Below, piece after piece: positions 60,391-64,000 of a stretch of DNA of 64,000 nt. Positions within the stretch are counted from its first letter, which is position 1. Each line of letters begins with the position of its first letter. The stretch is from the NCBI GenBank assembly GCA_965603825.1, contig CBFDEM010000056.1:124001-188000 (forward strand), read 5' to 3'. The DNA is from Blepharisma stoltei ATCC 30299 (lineage: Eukaryota; Protista; Ciliophora). The translations under genes and the position numbers were made by a program. Under the pieces are notes generated by a model. The model was not told where the DNA came from and did not search any database. It saw only the letters and a list, made by a program, of their open reading frames with translations.

Positions 60391-61437
60391 ATGGACTATA
60401 AATTAGCTTCTGGGTCCAAATCCAAAAAAACTTACATAGCTATTATAGCTGCCCTCGCCATTGTTGGAGTAGTTGCAACTGTTTCTTTTTCACTAAAGTC
60501 ACCACAAACCCCAGCTTTAATCCAGCTTCAAATAGATGAACAAGAATTCCAAGATTTCATTGCCAAGTACAACAAAAACTATTCAGAAGAGGAATACGCC
60601 CGCAGGTTCAAAATCTTCAGAGATAATTCAGCTTATATCCGTGTTTTTAACACCCAAGGAAAGACTTGGTTCTTAGGAGTCAACGAATTCACTGATATGA
60701 CTTTTGCCGAGTTTAAGATGGTTTATACACCTTCTAAAATCCTTTCAGATCCTACTATTGAAGCAAGCGTTTTACAAAACACCACAATTCCTACACAAGT
60801 AGATTGGTCTGCTAAGGGAGCAGTCACACCTGTGAAAAACCAAGGACAGTGCGGAGGTTGCTGGGCATTTGCCACAACTGGGTCTTGTGAAAGTGCTTGG
60901 TTTTTAGCTGGGCATAATTTGACATCTCTGTCAGAACAACAATTGATGGATTGCTCTTATTCATATGGAAACTTAGCCTGTGGAGGTGGCACTATGACCC
61001 AGGCTATGAAATACGTTGTCAAAAATGGAGGGATTACCTCTGAAGATAACTATCCTTATACAGCTCATGATGGCCTATGCAACCAAGCCAAAGAAAAACA
61101 ATTCGCAGCAACTTTTACGAGCTATAAAGTAGTCAAGGCTGATGATGTCCAGCAAATGCAAATTGCGGTTGCTCAGCAGCCTATTAGAGTTTCTGTAGAA
61201 GCTGATCAAAATGCTTGGCAGCTTTATAAAGGAGGCATTGTGAGCAGTGACTGTGGGACTAATTTAGATCATGAGGTCCTTGTAGTTGGGTATAATCAAC
61301 TTAACAGCCCTCAGTATTGGAAAGTCAAAAACTCATGGGGAACTACCTGGGGAGAAGCAGGATATATTAGGATAGCAATTGTAGCTGGAAGAGGAGTCTG
61401 TGGAATACAAATGCAGCCAGCTTATCCTATAGTCTAA
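60391..61437 (+). CDS. Cathepsin L-like papain (C1A) cysteine protease, paralogue 2 (tandem duplicate)
   Basis: QGQCGGCWAF; LDHEV; KNSWG; same prodomain as paralogue 1; start aaaATG at 60391. Confidence 0.95.
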   Translation: MDYKLASGSKSKKTYIAIIAALAIVGVVATVSFSLKSPQTPALIQLQIDEQEFQDFIAKYNKNYSEEEYARRFKIFRDNSAYIRVFNTQGKTWFLGVNEFTDMTFAEFKMVYTPSKILSDPTIEASVLQNTTIPTQVDWSAKGAVTPVKNQGQCGGCWAFATTGSCESAWFLAGHNLTSLSEQQLMDCSYSYGNLACGGGTMTQAMKYVVKNGGITSEDNYPYTAHDGLCNQAKEKQFAATFTSYKVVKADDVQQMQIAVAQQPIRVSVEADQNAWQLYKGGIVSSDCGTNLDHEVLVVGYNQLNSPQYWKVKNSWGTTWGEAGYIRIAIVAGRGVCGIQMQPAYPIV

Positions 61438-61872
61438 ATTAAGCATAAGTTAAGACGAATTTATTTAAAATTGATATAAAGCCAGTCAGTCTTCTTGTTT
61501 ATGTTTATGTTTATTTATTATAAATAAATAAAAGCCAATTAAAATCGCAATCTGATCAGAAAAAATAAAAAGACTATTAATTCTAAGCATTTATTTACAG
61601 CTATATCACTATTCTAAATTCCTTTACTCTAATCTATTATTCTTTTAAACATATCACCATTCTTAAACATAATTAATATTATTTAAAAAAATTCCTCGCC
61701 ATTTTTTTACTATATCATCTTCCTTCAGCTTCAAAAAAAAATATGAAAAATAAATATTCAGACTTCCATTAATGAAAAACTTCTTATCAGAAAACTCTCC
61801 TGAAATAAATATGAATTATTCAATGGATACAAACAGATCAGTAGGAAAAAATATCAGTATGTATAAAAAATA

Positions 61873-62904
61873 ATGAAGCTTGCAATTCTTATTGTTCTCT
61901 CATTAACTATATTTGCAACAAAAACAAAGTTTTTCAAAAGCCAACTTCTTGAATTAAAAGATTCGGATCAAGAGTGCGGCGCAATAGAAGGTAGTGGAGA
62001 TGTACAATGTGCAACTGGAGGCTCATTAGAAGATAAAGATGATATTATTAGAGATAAAATTGACTTGCTAGATGACATAGTTGGATCTAAAGATGAGTAT
62101 TGTGATCACGATGACAATGACGATAGAGACGATAGAGATGACTGCGACGACAAAGATGATCATGATGATTGGGATGATAGAGACGATCATGATGATAATG
62201 ATGACTGCGATGACAGAGATGATCATGATGATTGGGATGACAATGATGACTGCGATGACAAAGATGATCATGATGATTGGGACGATAGAGACGATCATGA
62301 TGATAAGTGTGATCGCGATGACAGAGATGATCACGATGACTGTGATGACAGAGATGACCATGATGATAAATGTGACCGTGATGATTGGGATGACAATGAT
62401 GACTGCGATGACAAAGATGATCATGATGATTGGGATGATAATGATGACTGCGATGACAAAGATGATCATGATGATTGGGATGATAATGATGACTGCGATG
62501 ACAGAGATGATCATGATGACTGGGATGATAACGATGACTGCGATGACCATGATGACCACGATGACCATGATGACAGAGATGACTGCGATGACCATGATGA
62601 CCATGATGACCATGATGACAGAGATGACTGCGATGACAGAGATGATCACGATGACCATGATGATTCTTGTGGCTGTGATGAAAACCATTGGGAAAATGAC
62701 GAAGATGAGCACAAATATGGCAACTGTGAAAGAGACGAACACCATAGACATCATAGAGGGCATGGATTCTCAGGAGGGTGTTGCGAAGGTGATGAAATTG
62801 CAAATATTTTACCAGGAAGAAGAACTTGCATTAAAATTTATAGAGCCGATAAGGATGACTGTTGCCAATATGACGAGTCTAATCACTGTGAATCTGATGA
62901 ATAA
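61873..62904 (+). CDS. Secreted Asp-rich (DDX)n repeat protein with Cys/His-rich C-terminus
   Basis: Signal peptide MKLAILIVLSLTIFA; about 190 aa of DD-[H/C/W/R/N/K] triplets; HHRHHRGH, CC motifs. Confidence 0.85.
   Translation: MKLAILIVLSLTIFATKTKFFKSQLLELKDSDQECGAIEGSGDVQCATGGSLEDKDDIIRDKIDLLDDIVGSKDEYCDHDDNDDRDDRDDCDDKDDHDDWDDRDDHDDNDDCDDRDDHDDWDDNDDCDDKDDHDDWDDRDDHDDKCDRDDRDDHDDCDDRDDHDDKCDRDDWDDNDDCDDKDDHDDWDDNDDCDDKDDHDDWDDNDDCDDRDDHDDWDDNDDCDDHDDHDDHDDRDDCDDHDDHDDHDDRDDCDDRDDHDDHDDSCGCDENHWENDEDEHKYGNCERDEHHRHHRGHGFSGGCCEGDEIANILPGRRTCIKIYRADKDDCCQYDESNHCESDE
62100..62665 (+). repeat. Coding 9-nt GAT-GAY-NNN microsatellite with a 45-nt higher-order unit (DDNDDCDD[K/R]DDHDDW)
   Basis: Visible directly as gatgactgcgatgacaaagatgatcatgatgattgg repeats. 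Confidence 0.9.
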
Positions 62905-63049
62905 ACTCCAGGTAGAGCTTAAAGCTAACTAATAAAAAAAAATTTATTCAATATTTTTTACTTTCAAAAATAATTTTACAAATATTATTTAATTTTTAAT
63001 ATTTTATATAGCTACTTTAAATAATGATTATTTAATTTAGAGCATTCTC

Positions 63050-63892
63050 CTATACGTTAATGACTAATCTTTCTCTCTGTACTACAGGCGGCTCGCTTTC
63101 CCTTTCTTCCCTCTGTTCTTCTTCTATTATTGCTTCTTTTCTCAAACACCACTGACAATTTGCCCTTAAAAATTTTTGAGCTTGTGGTGGAATTTTATCT
63201 TGATTGAAGAAATAGTATACGATTGTTGCAAGTGCACTACAAACAATCACAAAAATCAAAAATGTAATTAAATATCCCACAACATTAATATTTTCCTCTT
63301 GGCTTTCTTCTGCGGCATCTTGGCAAAACTGTCCTGAAAACCCAACCGGGCATTCACAGTTCCCATCAGCACAAACTCCTCCATTCTTGCATTTCCCAAA
63401 ACAAGCCATGCTATTCGTGGATCTGACTTGAATTTCGCTGCATTGATAAAAAGTTCCAATATAAGTTTTCCAAATCCATTGCAAAGTGCATTCATCGCAT
63501 GTAAAATGATCAGGAAATACTATAGTTTTGCTTTCATGATAAAGCTCTTTTCTTCCACATGGAAACCACCCTGATCCATCTGCTGAGTTATCAGTTGGAG
63601 CCAATGTTACATATTTATTGAAATCTGTCCCTGATGTAAGTCGAAGGGTGCAGTTTCCAGTCTCTGCAGGGTGAACTATCATTCAGGTCACAGGGTGATA
63701 TTGCCCTGGCTCCGCTAATGTATGTGCTAAACCTTTTCCTCGGCCTCCACATGGAGGATCTTCCATGGTTTTTCCGGAAGTGTCTTTTCTGGGCACTGGG
63801 TCGATTAGAACGGCTTCCTAAATAAAGTTTACAGGCTTTATAGGGGTCGTCTGCTGCGCCAAAGCTACGCTTATTAAAAACAGCAGGATCAT
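63050..63892 (-). CDS. Signal peptide + LPMO/chitin-binding-4-like domain + EGF + TM protein
   Basis: ATG at 63892, intron 63818-63832, TGA=W at 63683. LIDPVPR...PPCGG...PG...V.W..VHP..GNC...CDECTLQWIW...FYQCSEI; EGF CKNGGVCADGNCECPVGFSGQFC; TM. Confidence 0.75.
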
Positions 63893-64000
63893 TTTTAAAC
63901 TATTTATGTAAGAAATGATGGTTAAACAGAAATTGGTCTAATCCGCTTATGCTTATAGGGTTGATTTTAGAAATCTTTAGGCCAGATTTGAAAATTCTTT

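Noticed and set aside
62068-62932. Long Met/Ile/Thr-rich, Ile/Val-rich and His/Arg-rich ORFs overlapping the Asp-rich gene
   Set aside because: These are shadow frames of the GAT-GAY repeat. Only the Asp frame has a signal peptide and unique termini.
1-64000. TGA-interrupted ORFs as pseudogenes or selenoproteins
   Set aside because: The TGAs align with conserved Trp positions across many unrelated genes, not with Cys positions, and I saw no convincing SECIS element.

Overview
Gene-dense, AT-rich eukaryotic DNA with about 38 protein-coding genes. It is almost certainly the macronuclear genome of a heterotrich ciliate, most likely Blepharisma. Two sequence-wide signals support this. (1) TGA is read as Trp: it falls in conserved Trp positions (GGT[TGA]LG in the NRDE protein, D[TGA]EG in the allantoinase-like gene, WD40 repeat ends), and every gene I could complete ends in TAA or TAG. 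(2) Fourteen 15-16-nt GT-AG introns, all starting GTAA and all with A at position 10, restore reading frames. The supplied ORF track therefore fragments many genes, and I re-joined them. Recognisable products include kanadaptin (3' end), a TROVE/p80-like protein, an OSCA/TMEM63 channel, patatin, TANGO2, ODC antizyme, an SK channel, an Unkempt-like CCCH protein, a TYSND1/DEG15-like protease, DYRK, Sec10, a class IV aminotransferase, an ankyrin-AGC kinase, a 2OG-Fe(II) oxygenase and two cathepsin L paralogues. The most interesting items are: a single-ORF antizyme with a uORF and no frameshift; a 1213-aa WD40-TRP-like channel fusion with 14 UGA codons; a 5xCAP + centrin-like fusion; a secreted (Asp-Asp-X)n protein; two apparent pseudoenzymes (DHFR-TS with a dead TS domain, allantoinase lacking metal ligands); an LPMO-fold-EGF-TM protein without His1; and intergenic gaps as short as 11-20 nt. 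I saw no rRNA, tRNA, transposon or CRISPR. All family calls come from motif recognition by eye, not from database searches.
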